Source: Azolla caroliniana
Taxonomy: Eukaryota > Plantae > Polypodiophyta
Direction of reading: 5' to 3'
NCBI GenBank assembly: GCA_043228905.1
Contig: JBHGNT010000006.1
Location: 13,330,001 to 13,394,000 of the forward strand
Length of the DNA stretch: 64,000 nucleotides
A model generated the notes under the pieces. The model saw only the letters and a list, made by a program, of their open reading frames with translations. It had not been told where the DNA came from and ran no database searches. The number at the start of each line of letters is the position of its first letter. Position 1 is the first letter of the stretch. A program made the translations under genes and the position numbers. Of the stretch, positions 1 to 12,211 are shown in pieces.

Positions 1-716
1 CCGGCCAATGCCTGGAGAAGGGATTCCGCTTCCCGGAGACTGCTTAAGCTACTTCCTTTGTCCAGGTAGGCGTTTTGTTGCAGACGGAGCGACTCCTCCG
101 CCACTTTCCGGATAACTTTGGAAAATGATCGATCCGATCGGATTTCTTCTGCCGCTTGGTGGAAAGCCTCTCGCTGCCTTCACCGTTCAGCAAGTCGACT
201 TGCTCTCTCCGTAACCGGGTCGTCCGTTGGCCTAGTCATCCAAAGGTCGTGGGTTCGAATCCCGTCGTGGTCGCCAAAAACTGTGTTAATCCTTAGGGCC
301 GGACAACAGCCTAACACAGGGTGTCCACTTAAGACACTTCACCAAAGGGTGTTACAGCGATGATAACTTATGACACAACGCTTAATTGGACCTTAATCGG
401 TTACTTAGCAAATTAACACGCGTAAGATATACAATAAGCACAGAACGGTGAACAATACTCAATGATTAAACAAAAGGTTTATATTACTCTCCGTTAATGA
501 CTACATTATAACCGGCCTTTATATAGGTCACCGGTGCGAAGTACAAAATGGTGTCACCTTTTCGGGATCGGTCCAGATCCGGATCGGCATACCGATTCCG
601 GTCCGTCCGTCCCCATCTTCTCATATATTAATCTATATATTAAGACTAGTAATTTCAACAGATTCCTAAATAACCATTCCCCTTTTCACACCCTGGTCTT
701 TGCCAGTCGGGTAACA
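1..716 (-). mobile_element. 5' end of Athila/OTA-like Gypsy element A0 (5' LTR 284-716, PBS, start of gag); runs off the left edge; inserted into the 5' LTR of element A2
   Basis: LTR TGTTAATCC...GGGTAACA is homologous to the LTRs at 36766-37214 and 46276-46724. Bases 1-240 are homologous to the gag start at 1126 and 46220. An inverted, 5'-truncated family-A LTR resumes at 717. Confidence 0.9.
242..276 (-). promoter_or_regulatory. Extended primer-binding site of A0, complementary to about 35 nt of a tRNA-Arg(UCG)-like 3' half
   Basis: The + strand reads AAAGGTCGTGGGTTCGAATCCCGTCGTGGTCGCCA (variable loop, T-arm, acceptor strand, CCA), 7 nt from the LTR edge. The isoacceptor is assigned from a recalled plant tRNA sequence. 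Confidence 0.8.
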
Positions 717-1125
717 TGAACGGACGGACCGGAATCGGTATGCCGATCCGGATCCGGACCGGTTCCGAATAGGTGCCGGTTGACACCGTTTTGTACTTAG
801 CACCGGTGACCTATATAAAGGCCCGGTTACAATGTAAACCTTTGATGGATAATTAATAGAGCTTCTTGTTTTATCTTTAAGTGTTGATTACCGTTTTGTG
901 CTAATTGTTCTATCATACGCGTGTATCAAGTTTAATGCCATATTTCTAAGTAACCAATTAAAGTTTGATTAATCGTTGAGTCTTAAGTTATCTCGCCGTA
1001 GCACCCCTTTGGTGAAGTGTCTTCCTTAGACAACCTGTGTTAGGCCATTGTTCGGCCCTAAGGAATAACATAGTTTTTGGCGACCACGATTCCTGCACAA
1101 TCGCAGCGAACAACGGCGGGAATGG

Positions 1126-4100
1126 ATGACTAGACCAATGAATGACCCGGTTACAGAGCGAGCAAGGAGACTTGCTGAACGGCTGAGGAAGCGAGAGGCT
1201 TTCCAGCAAGCGGCAGAAGAAATCAGAGCGGATCACTCATTTTCCAAGGTGATCCGGAGAGTGGCCAAGGAGTCACTTCGTTTACAACAAAATGATTACC
1301 CGGACGAAGGAAGCAGCCTAAGTAGCCTCCGAGAAGCAGAATCCCTTCTCCAGGCATTGGCAGTGGGCGAAGGTGAATCCGAAGCATTTTCGGCTTTTGA
1401 ATCGGGTTCGGAAGGGGAATACATCACGCATACGAAGTACTGCAGTAGTAAGGACACCCTAGACGGACCGGAGGACGAGGAGTCGGATACCTTGCCGACA
1501 TCGGAACCGGAATTGACAAGGCTGGAACCTCCGGCACTGAAAGTCGAGCACACTCCGGAACCAGAAGTCGAGGAGGAGAGGCCTCCAACACCGAAAGAGG
1601 AGCAAGAAAGACCTCCGACGCCGACAGAGGAGGAGGAAAGACCACTGACACCACTAGCCCGCGTACCGACACCAGACGACGATATGTCATTCCAATATCC
1701 CAGATACCGGGATGATTCGGACGCGGAAGCCCACGTTCATGCGTTTCAGTAGACCTGGGAGGCAAACCATGTGTCCCAACGCTTAAATGCGGCCGAAGAG
1801 GAACGCTAAAAAATGGCAGAGTTCGGCATGACCCTGGAGGGACCGGCCGCCAGATGGCACCGAACACAAGATCCCAGCACCATCCCCATGTTTGAAGCAT
1901 TAAAGACCAAATTCTTGCATTTCTTTCACAAGGAGATGGACCAACGGGAAATGGTAGGCCTATTTTACATTATCCGGCAAGAACCAACAGAGAACATTCA
2001 ACAATTTGTCATCTGGTTCCAGCGGATCCATAGTTAGCTCAGCCGGGCACCACCGGAGGAAGAAACAAAGGCCATATTCTTAGCAGCATTCCGGGAACCC
2101 TTATGAACGGTGTGCACCGTCATTGATTTCCGCACCAGCAACATAGATAAAGTGATCGACCGAGTTCGAGAAATGGAAAAATCAAGTTCATGGCTAACCC
2201 TGGGCGCACTTTAGCGTGCACTACTGACAGATGAGGACCTCTGCTTCCGGCAAGCAATTCAATGTACGACATGCCTGAATGTCGGACATTCGGCGTTGGA
2301 ATGCACCATGCGTTCCCAATGCTTGCTCTGCCACTCCAGAAGTCACGCTACCGGCCGGCATAAGATGTCCGGTACAACGATCGAAGAGACGCTTATGACT
2401 GGTATGACAGATAGGATAGATATCAGGACTATAATGGACGGTACGAGAGATACAACCGGGATCACTCCCCTGGTTACAACCAACGACGGGACGACTATGG
2501 CAAGTATGACGACCAGGCCCGTCAAGGTTACCGAAACAAAAAGAATTTCAACAAGAAACATCATTTCAACAAAAAGGGGGGTCATCCACAGGAACCGGAA
2601 AAGGGTGCTCCAAGCAGCCAACCGGACCAAAACCAAGCACTTACCACAGGACCTCAATCGGGTGCGGACACAAACGCCGAATCCAGCAACACCCGGAAGG
2701 CGTACTGCTATTATTGCCGGCAGGAAGGCCACTATAGTAACCAATGTCCGACGAAGAGCTACGACAAGCGACCAACGGTGAACATGGTAGTCGCGGAAGT
2801 CGCGGACTTACAACAAGTCACTACAAGATCAAAAGGCAAAGCCACAGAGTGGGAAACTCAAGAAGTCATCCGGAAGCAGGCAACCGAATGGGTGAAGAAG
2901 GCAAACGAGCGGAATGTGGCAGAGCTTGAACAACAAAAGGAGAAGGCCGAAGAGGTCACCGGCATAGGGCAACCCAAAAACCCAACATGGCAGGCGTTAC
3001 AAGAATGCCAAATAACGCTGCCGTTAGGCCGGCTATTGCAACTGGTACCACACTTCATGGAAGGACTGTAGACAGGAATGACGACAGCCGACACACCACC
3101 GGCTCCGGCTTTCTTTTCAAATCCGGAGGAAGGACCGGTGGTAGTAGACACGAGCAGTCTGGCAATCACAACCATCGTGAAAGGAAAAGAGCTACCTGGC
3201 ACGATTATCGATGGAGGATCCGGCATGAATGTGATCAGCCGCTGAACGTGTAACACTCTAGGAATCCATGACTGGGAACCATGCCCATTTTGGCTTCGGA
3301 TGGCGGACACAAGCTCAGTACGCCCGACCGGATTAATACGTGATCTGGAAGTGACCATCGGGGGTCACACATTTCGCATTTCGGCAGTAGTTCTCTAGCT
3401 GCAGGCTCAGGGAGCTTAACCACTATTGTTGGGACGCCCTTGGTTAAAAACAACACACATCAAGCAAAACTGGAGGAAGAATATAATTACCTTCTGGCGT
3501 GGAAAAGCGAAAGTGCGAGTACCGACTCAACCACGGTCGGTACCGGCAAGGACTTGACGCCGCTATATGTGGAATGTGTCAACATGCTGGAAGGATTGGC
3601 GGATGAAGAGGTCGATCAATACTTACAGGAAAATCCGAAGATCGTACCTCTGTTCGAAATTGATGTAGCTGAAGCAATATCACTATACATAGTGCAACTA
3701 GACGGGACCGACGAGGAGCCGGATAAAGAAGCGATCCTGGAGTTACTGTAAGCACAAGATGCACTGGAAAGAGAAATGGCAGTGTCACAGCGCGTAAAAG
3801 CATCCCAACTAGAAGAGGTAAACCTAGGTACCACAGAGGACGCAAGACCAGTTCACATCGCCAAGGAAATGACCCTGGAAAACAAAACGGCAATGATCAC
3901 ACTCCTAAAAGAATTTCACAATGTGTTCGCCTAGTCCTATGAGGACATGTGGGGACTCAATCCTCAGTTGTATCAACACTAGATACATTTGAGTAAAGAT
4001 GCCAAACCGGTAGTGCAACGGCGTTACCGGATGAACCCGAATTACGCAGCAAAAGTCAAAGAAGAAATCGACAAGTTGCTAAGGGTTGGCTTCATCCGAC

Positions 4101-4802
4101 CGGTAAAGAAAGCCACATGGCTTAGTCCGATAGTCATAGTACCGAAAAGAACGGTAAGATAAGAGTTTGCGTTGACTACCGGAAATTGAATGCGGCTACG
4201 GTAACAGACACCTTCCCACTTCCATTCACGGATGGAGCCCTGGATGCGGTCGCTGGTCATGAGGTGTACAATTTTTTGGACGGTTTCAGCGGCTATAATC
4301 AGATCCGGATTCACCCCGACGACCAGGAGAAAACCGCTTTTGTCACCGAATGGGGAGTCTTTGTTGCCGTAGTTATGATGTTCGGACTGAAAACGGCGCC
4401 AACAACCTTCCAGCGGATCATCATGGAGATTTTCATAGAATTCATTCCGGCATTCATGCAAGTGTTCCTGGACGACTTTGCTGTTTATAGCCAGGAAGGG
4501 GATCACCTTCAGCACCTTCGACTATATCTGGAGAAATGTAGGGTTTACTAGCTAAGCCTTAACCCGACAAAATGTGTGTTCAGAGTGTCCAGCGGAGCAT
4601 TACTTGGCCACATCGTGAGCAAGGACGGTATTGCAGTGGATCCGAACAAGGTCAAAGCTATTTTGGAGGCACCGACACCAACCACGGCAAAGGCATTAAG
4701 CCGGTTCTTAGGACAAATTCGGTGGCATAGCCGAATGCTCCGGTATCTAGCAGACTTGGCTACACCATTGCATGCCGCGGTACATCAGACACCGTTCCAA
4801 TG
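1126..4802 (+). pseudogene. gag-pol of A2 (gag with zinc knuckles, protease, RT), with stops and frameshifts; the RNase H fragment continues at 18813-19030
   Basis: ORF fragments contain CLLCHSRSH, IIDGGS and MQVFLDDFAVY. After B the sequence reads PPDWSKEFHVFV...YYANRKL. Confidence 0.9.
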
Positions 4803-5243
4803 TCTTGCCGTTTAGGAACACGGTCCGCGGTAAGTCCTTCGACCTAGACCTCAAAGTGGGTGTGGAACAACGAACAGGTGTTTAAGCGTAATGCGTAAGG
4901 GAAGAACCCCTGTAACCTATCAATGTATAAGGGGAGACGGCTACAACCGAATCCCTATCAGGGGTTACACTTACGTACTCAACGCTTAGGTATTCAAGAC
5001 ACACACACTGAATTAACCGTAGCTATACATAGAAAATCAGGGAAGATAGAATTCTATTATCAAGCGTTTCTTTACATTCCCAAAATTACACACACCTCCA
5101 TCAGAGGTTTTCTGCCCTTTATATATGCAGGGTCTATTTAGCCGTTCATGCTTCCTGCGTGAACCATTACATGCATTATGCTCTTATATAATTTCTTATT
5201 CCTACGCTTTTGTCCGTCGGTTACTATTCCGGCGGACAACACT

Positions 5244-5284
5244 TGGCACGCCTGTGGGACAGTGCCCTGGCACGTCGGACCCAT
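5244..5284 (-). other. tRNA-Arg 3'-end-like motif at the PPT position of element B
   Basis: Element-sense sequence is ATGGGTCCGA-cGTGCCagGGCACt-GTCCCACAGGCGTGCCA-AG|TGTTG (3' LTR). There is no purine tract. Confidence 0.8.
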
Positions 5285-5288
5285 CCCG

Positions 5289-8223
5289 TTAATCCTCTTC
5301 CAAAATGGCCCGGATGTTCGGCTCTGTTGTGGTGTCCTCATCTGGAGGTGATGTAGGGCCCGTAGGTGCATCGTGATGTGGCTCCTCTGATTGGTCGAGC
5401 TGGTTTCTCCCGGAGTCGCCGTCGTTGTGTGTGGGTGGTCCGGGTACGATGGGCTCTTCTTGAGTTAGTGGGTTGGGCTCCGCCGTTGTCGTGCTTGCGG
5501 GCGGCTGTGGCTCTACCTCCATTGTTACGTCCTCCGTGGTGTCGGCCGTTTTTGTATGTTCCGGGGAGTGGGGCGGAGATTCCGCCTGGTCCACACCGTT
5601 CTCCGCGTGGTCTGATGATAGTGTGGGCTCGTGCGGCCGGACCTCTTGTTATGTAGTGGTTTCACTATCTGGTCCTGTGGGGAATTCCGCTCGTCGGTCC
5701 CCGCTATTCTCCATCGTTGTCATCTCTGGTGATCGGGCCTGAGGTTCCTCTTCTTCGGCTGTGCCCAGAATTGGCATCGCGCTGGATTCCTCGTTTGTGC
5801 GCGTGTTGCCGACTTGTGTGATCTGGTGAAATTAGCTCCTCCTGACTTTCACCAAAATCATCTAAGAGTTGTGCGAGCTCTTCGGAGTGTTGGTCTGCTA
5901 ACGCATGATAGTCTTGGGCTAGGTCCTCCCGTACGGCCGCAATGCTCTCCTCATTTAGTTTATAGAAACCTCGACCGTCTTTTCGCCGGTTCTCCCAGTC
6001 CGCACGATACGCGTGCAATTCCGCTGCTTGGGTTGCCCACGCCATCCATCCTTTGTCCAGCGCCGTTTTCAATTGCGCTGTGAACCTCTCCCGATTTGTT
6101 TGGAGAAGGATCCGCACGTTATTTGTGATGGCCTGACAACGGTTGCATGCGTCTTCCATTGACTTCTGGAGATTTGGGATTTCTTTCTGTTTAACCGTTA
6201 TCGCTTCCTCATACGTGGCCTTCAGGCCCGCCCACAGCTGGGATTCCTTTGCATGTTGTTCCTCTAATTTCCCCATTTCATTGTTTAGGCGGATTTCGAG
6301 CTGATGCCTTCTGTCTTGTTCGACCACCAACTGCTCATCGAACCATACCTTCTTTTTTTCTAATAAGGCCCGAAGTCCTGCTATTGCCGCCTCCGATTTC
6401 TTTGCGTCGTCTCGTAATTGTGCGTTGTCGTCTTTTGTCTTGATGTGCTGAGCTACCTCCGTAGCGAGTTTCTCTTCAAGGGTTTTTACTGCCTTCCGTC
6501 CGTTAGCTCGTATCTCCTTTTCTCTGTTTGAGGATTGACGTAGTTTTGTTCGAAGGCGGTCAATTTCTGATTCCGCTAGTTGCATGACCCTTTTTGCTTT
6601 TGAGGCGATGGCGGTCTGAGCCTCGATTTCTTCTTTTAGAGCGTCAATGATGTGGTTCGGTGGCAGGGTTGTGTGTTGTGCCGTAGTCACGCGAGCTTCC
6701 AACTCTGCGATGCGTGCGTTGGCTTTTTGCAGTTCGGCTTGGGTCAGTTTAACCTTCTTCCAGACATTCTTATTTTTTATGGCCATCTCCTTGGCGCCCG
6801 TGCTGACCTTTGCCAGTTCCCGATGGACTTCAACTAGGGCCGTGTTTAAGGGGGGTATCTCCATCCCCACTCGGCGTACCCCGACGTTCCTTTGTCTGCC
6901 GACCCTGGCTAGCCGGTCCTCATTGTCGCTCTCCGTTGTTTGTGTTAGGGCGCGCTCGATCATCTGGCGTTCCGCATGCTCTTCGGCCATTCGTTGGGCG
7001 GCTTTGACCTGTTGCGTTGCTAGGAACTCCATGAGCTCAAAAGAAGTACCGAACTGCAAGAGGGCGCTGAACTCGTGGGCCATATCCGGGATATCGGGAT
7101 ATGCCAAAACCTCGCTTTCCGCCGTCAATACGGCTTTCCCTCGTTGGGACTGGGTCGTAATAATCGGCCGTGGCTCCCGGATGATTTCGAAGGTGGTATT
7201 GGGTTCCGCTGCTATGGAGCCTTCGCCTTCGGTCGGTGTCTCCGTTGCCGTGGGGGCGTTTTTCACCAACCCCCGCCCATCTTTTCTGTCTAGTCTGCGC
7301 CGTTTTGGTCTGGGGCTTTCCCGCCGTGTTTTGGTGTTTGGTTCTGGGGCTGGTTCCATGGAACATCCTGGCTGTACCTCCTGCGTTGTCCGTGTGTCCG
7401 GCTGGTCGGTAGGAGGTGTTGTCCTTGGGTCTGGCTAGGCCGGTTGGGGTTCCTCTTCCCACTCTGGGGCCGATAACTCCGCTAACCTACGTTTCGCGGA
7501 TCGGGGCAGGGTCGTGGGTTGGCTGGGCTGTGGTGCTGGCAGGCCTCGGGGTGGAAATAGTACCATAAGGTATTGTTGGATGATCGGCTTGAGCTTTTTG
7601 CCTACTTGGTACGCATGCAAGCCTTCCCTTAACGCTGGCCTTGTGATGACCCCCCAGTCGACAACACGCCCTTCAAAGGTATCGATAATGATGCCCGCCT
7701 TCTGCTTAGGCATCCCATATGCGTTGACATGTACGCAACCGACTTCTAGCAAGAACTTGGCAACTTCACGGAAGAAGGGATCCGGAATCTGTTGTGTTCT
7801 ATAGGCCTTGGCGGAGGAGGAATATGGCCCAAAATACCGATGCAACGCTTCTGCAGGAGGTATTTCGAAATGTCTTTCGCCTAGTGAGGATAGGTCCAAC
7901 TTCTTCCGGATGGAAGAGTTGGTGACCGTGTCCATGGCATCCGGGTGCGGAGGTGCTTCTGCGACCCGGATGTAACCATCCATGCGTTTCTCCACGAGCC
8001 ATCGACGTAGGGTAGTAGAGATGAAGATTGGCATCGCCAGAGTATGTTCGTGGGGAGAAGACGGGTGGTTGTGGTGAGTTGGAGCTCTGAGAAAGGGATG
8101 GGGAGAAGGTGAGGGGGAGGAGCGATGGGAGTGTTGATAGCTAGAAGATGGGTTTCTGCTTTGTGCAGAAAATCTTCTGTTTCCTTCTTTTTGTGGCTTA
8201 GGGTTCGTTGGGCGGTGAGCCAT
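5289..8223 (-). pseudogene. Extra 3' ORF (ORF3) of element B: globular N-terminal domain, basic NLS-like motif, long coiled coil, conserved C-terminal motif; frameshifted
   Basis: ORFs 7435-8223, 5704-7359 and 5289-5594 lie between pol and the 3' LTR. They are homologous to 37257-40259 and to the G ORF ending at 61730. Confidence 0.8.
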
Positions 8224-8389
8224 CGTGGTGCCGCGTGTTCTTGAACTAGGAGTTTGTGCATGCCTTTAGTCGTTTTAATAGTCGCTATCTTCTCCTTCTT
8301 TTTTTTTTTTTTTTTTTCGTAACGGTTATTTACAACCTATTTTTACATTATAGTACAAGTGGGGCTATCCATTTTATGCTGCGGGTTCT

Positions 8390-9381
8390 CCGGCTCTGTC
8401 CTGTTCGGTGGTGAATGGGTTAGGTGGCGTAGGGCCCAGGTAAGGTTTGAGCCGAAACGCATTCACCTTTTGCCATACTACTTCTCCAACCAGTGTTCCT
8501 AGTTGGAACGTGCCTTGTTCCGCTCCAATTATCTAGTATGGGCCGGTCCAGCGGAAACGTAACTTCCCCGGCATATGGCCCATGCGCGTTTGAAAAACTA
8601 GCACCGCTCATAGGCCTTATCTTCCGTTGCAGTCCATTGGAACGGAGTCCGATGTACGGCAACGTGTAGCGGCGTGGCGAAGTCCGCCAAAAACCATATC
8701 ATCCGACTATGCCACCGTATTTGTCCTAAAAACCAGCTAAGAGATTTGGCGTTTGTCGGAGTTTTGGCTTGTGTAATCACGGAGATCTTGTTTGGGTCGA
8801 CCGCTATTCCTTGCTGACTATGTGGCCTAGGAGAGTCCCGCTGATCACGCCGAAGGCACATTTCGCGGGATTCAGGCTTAAGCATGCGGTGTGGCAACGT
8901 TCCAGGCACAGTCGTAAGTGCGTAAAATGGTCTATTGTTTTCCCATATACCGCAAAGTCGTCTAGAAAAACTTGCATGAACGCCAGAATGTATTCCCCAA
9001 AGATCTCCGTAATCGTTCGTTGAAATGTTGCCGGCATTGGCTTTAGCCTGAACATCATGATGACTACCACATATACCCCCCAGTCCGTGACAAACGCCGT
9101 GTTCTCCTGGTCCTCGAGATGCATGCGTACCTGGTTATAGCCATTGAAGCCATCTAAGAAACTGTACATCTCATGGCCTGCGACGGCGTCCAGCACGCTA
9201 TCGGTGAAGGGTAAGGGAAATGCGTCCGTAATGGTTACGACGTTTAATTTTCGGTAATCTACGCATACCCGTATTTTGCCGTTTTTCTTTGGGACGACCA
9301 CTATCGGGCTTAGCCATGTCGCTTGTTTAACTGGTCGTATGAACCCCGCCTTTAGGAGCTTGTCAATTTCTTCTTTCACGC
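8390..9381 (-). pseudogene. RT of element B fused by deletion to the integrase C-terminus
   Basis: WLSPIVVVPKKNGKIRVCVDYRKLN and FMQVFLDDFAVY are present, then at ~8600 the sequence jumps to a FQTRMGHMPGKLRFRW-like segment. Confidence 0.88.
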
Positions 9382-10018
9382 TGTCGTGAAGAAAACCGTC
9401 CCTTAGCGCAATCGGTGCATAGCGCTCGTGAACTGACTCTTCACGCGTGCGCGCCCTTTAATGTATATAATAGAGAATTAGGTACAAAGATATATCCTAG
9501 GTAGTTAGATTCGGTAGGTAGGAAGTTAATGAGGTAAACGACTCCCTTCTGGAAGCTATAAAAGAGAGGGAGACGCGGGGGAGAAGGGATCAGGCATTGA
9601 GGAGGACGAAGTGTTGTCGGACCGAAACCGAACGCTTCTCCTCTGTTCGTTCTCCATCGCTCTTCTCTGCAGGTTTTCGGGAGGCCCGCACTGCTTCGAG
9701 GAATGCCCGTGTACTTCCGGCAGCACCTCCATCCTATCCCCTTTTCGTGCGCAGACGAACAGGCATCGACATCTGTTCGGTTGTAACCGCTCGCGTGCTC
9801 TGTTGTTTATTTGTCATTCGTTAATATACAAACATTTGTGTCTCTCTGTCTCTGTGTCCATTCGTGTCTTCTGCGTTGAAGGGCCGTGCCCCTGTGTTTC
9901 TTTGCTCATACGTAACCGGGCGTCTTTCTCTTTCCCCTTCTATCACCTGCTCTTCGGTTCAAGACCCCGGTGGTCCCGGCTCGTTTCTCCACGCACGCGC
10001 GTAATAACGCGATATATT

Positions 10019-10036
10019 TGGTGAACCCGAAGTGAA
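10019..10036 (+). promoter_or_regulatory. PBS of element F, tRNA-Trp type
   Basis: TGGTGAACCCGAAGTGAA differs at one position from the recalled complement of the plant tRNA-Trp 3' end, TGGTGAACCCGACGTGAA. Confidence 0.8.
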
Positions 10037-10058
10037 CGAGGCGGAAGAGGGGTAGAAG

Positions 10059-12211
10059 ATGAGGGGGTCGGATCTTGCAAAGGCCATGGCTTCGGCCGTG
10101 GACCGGATAGTGAGCGCGCGCGAGGGCACCGGCGTCCTTGACAGGGCTATTGAGGCGATCGTCGGTACGATCGGCCGGTTCAGTGGAAAGGATGCCACGA
10201 GTTATTTGGCGTCCTACCGGGTGGAGATGCTGATGAGGGGTATTCCGGAAGAGAGGCGTCTTGCCGGATTCCCTCGAGTGGCGATGCCGGGCATCCATGC
10301 GGAGGTGCTCGAGGTCCGGGCGGAGAGCCGGACCTGGGAGGAGTTCGAAGGACGGCTCCTGGAGAAATACGGGCTGGATGATGCACTTCGACTTTCGAAG
10401 CGGGGCTTCATGGAGTGGGTGGAGTCCCCCAACAAAGGAAGAAATGCGTCGGTACTCCTCCGGGAGTTTGAGGAACGCTTTGCGCGCCTTTCGGCACTCG
10501 ATCGGACCGTTCTGGACACAAGTCGTGTCCTACTGTTTGTCAAATCGGTTGACGCATGGGATCGGGAGCAAGTGGGCTCCTTACTGGAAACCGAAGACGG
10601 GCTGACGGCCGACTGGGCCGCGGTAAAAAGAGTCTGCGGCCGTTTTGCAAACGGTGGGAGTGGGCTGATACAGGGGCGACCGGGGCGGGTCCTGTCGCAG
10701 CAAGGAAGCTCGAACCGATACCGTAGGCACGAAGGGAAGAAACCCGGGAGTGGCACGAAACCGGTTCGGCTTCGACCGGCGTGGTCGGAGGCTCGTCCGG
10801 GGGAACAACTTTGGAGGAGTTGACACGAGCGGTAAAGGATCTCCAGATCGCCTAGGCTCGGAGGGAAGGCGGCGAACAGGCTCGTGACCGACGGCCTCCA
10901 GCAGGAAATAGGTGCATGTGGTGCGACGACGTCGGCCACATCCAAAAAGACAGCAGGGACTTTGTGGAGGCTTTGAGAAGGTCGGGACTTTGCGGAGGCT
11001 TTGAGAAGCCGGGTAGTGTACCTGTGGGAAGGTCGGGTGCACGCCAGCGATACCCGGCGGGCCCTGAACCGAAACGATGGCGAGGAGGAATGAAAAGGCT
11101 GATGGAAGAGGCGGCGGCCCGACACGCGGAGACCGTCCACTACTCCGCGTCAGCCGGTATTCGGGTCGGAGGCAGCGAGGCCCGGAAGGAGAGCAAAGCC
11201 GGGTTCTGGCCGACGATGCTGGAAGGCCTCGCCGGTGCCCGACTAAGGAAAGACGAGGCGGACCGCGCGGAGAAGCGGGTCCAGGAGGTAACCGGGTGGA
11301 GTGACCCGGTCGAAGAAAAGACGGGTTTCGTGGAAGCAGCTTGCCAGAACTACGAGGCTCTGGTTGAAGACAAACGGGTAGGTAAAACCGGAAGGGTCGG
11401 ACCCTCACAGAGATACGAAACCCGATTCGGGCCGAAACGGAACGAGGCCGGTGAGACCAGTGCCTAGGATAACCACAAGAAGGGCGGATACCGTTTGGGC
11501 ACGGAGATCGAAAGGACCACGGACCTACGAAAGGTTCTGGAAGAACGAATCCTCGACAGCAAGGTGGAACTGTCATTGTGGGAGGTGCTCGGAATCGCCA
11601 AGAAGGAGTTCCACGACTCCATCGTAGACTTGGTGAAGAGGAAGAGGCTGTCGACGGAGGCAAAACCAGAAAGGCCGGTGGAAGTGCGGACGACGCACAT
11701 AGAGGACATGGTGCTGGAAGACGAGTGGGCGCAGAGCCACTATTCGAGGCCACACTGGGCCCGAGCGACCACGGAAACCCCGGTGAAGATCGGAGATGTT
11801 CAGGAACCGGTGGTGGCGCTGGTGGATCACGGTTCGGAAATAAACCTGATGTCCATGGACTTCTACAAGAAGGGGAAATGGCCGATCAACACCAAGCACG
11901 GGTGGAAGATACGGGCGGCAACGCGCGCCACCGAGGAACTACACGGGGCTTGCCCAAACGTGCGAGTCAAGATCGGCGACGTCGAGATAGACCAACACTT
12001 CTTTGTGCAGGAGACGTCCTCGCACTCGGTCATACTGGGAGAACTGTACATTACGGCAGTGCGGATGGAGACCAAGGTGCTGGACAACAGGTCGGCTTAC
12101 ACGAGGGTCAAGAGTCAGGACGGGCGTCATTCGGTCCAGTTCCTGACAGTGCGACCGAACCACGAGCGAAACCGCGAGTCCCTCGGTGGCGAGAACCGAG
12201 AGGATTTTTAG
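10059..12211 (+). pseudogene. gag-protease ORF of element F (disrupted)
   Basis: Fragments 10059-10823, 10916-11467 and 11495-12211. A degenerate knuckle CMWCDDVGH and an aspartic protease-like ALVDHGSEIN are present. Confidence 0.8.

Noticed and set aside
242-276. Functional tRNA gene
   Set aside because: Only the 3' half is present, with encoded CCA and no D-arm or 5' acceptor strand. It sits at the PBS position.
284-1070. Large inverted repeat as TIR/DIRS-like termini
   Set aside because: It is explained by one family-A LTR inserted in opposite orientation into another family-A LTR.
10214-11753. Long antisense ORFs (308 aa, 390 aa) and similar shadow ORFs across the window
   Set aside because: These are low-complexity shadow frames of GC-rich gag/pol sequence with no domain motifs.
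11578-12207. N-terminal ~210 aa of the 1322-aa ORF as real protein
   Set aside because: It overlaps the protease ORF in another frame and has no recognisable motif. It is probably just the stop-free -1 frame upstream of the frameshift site.
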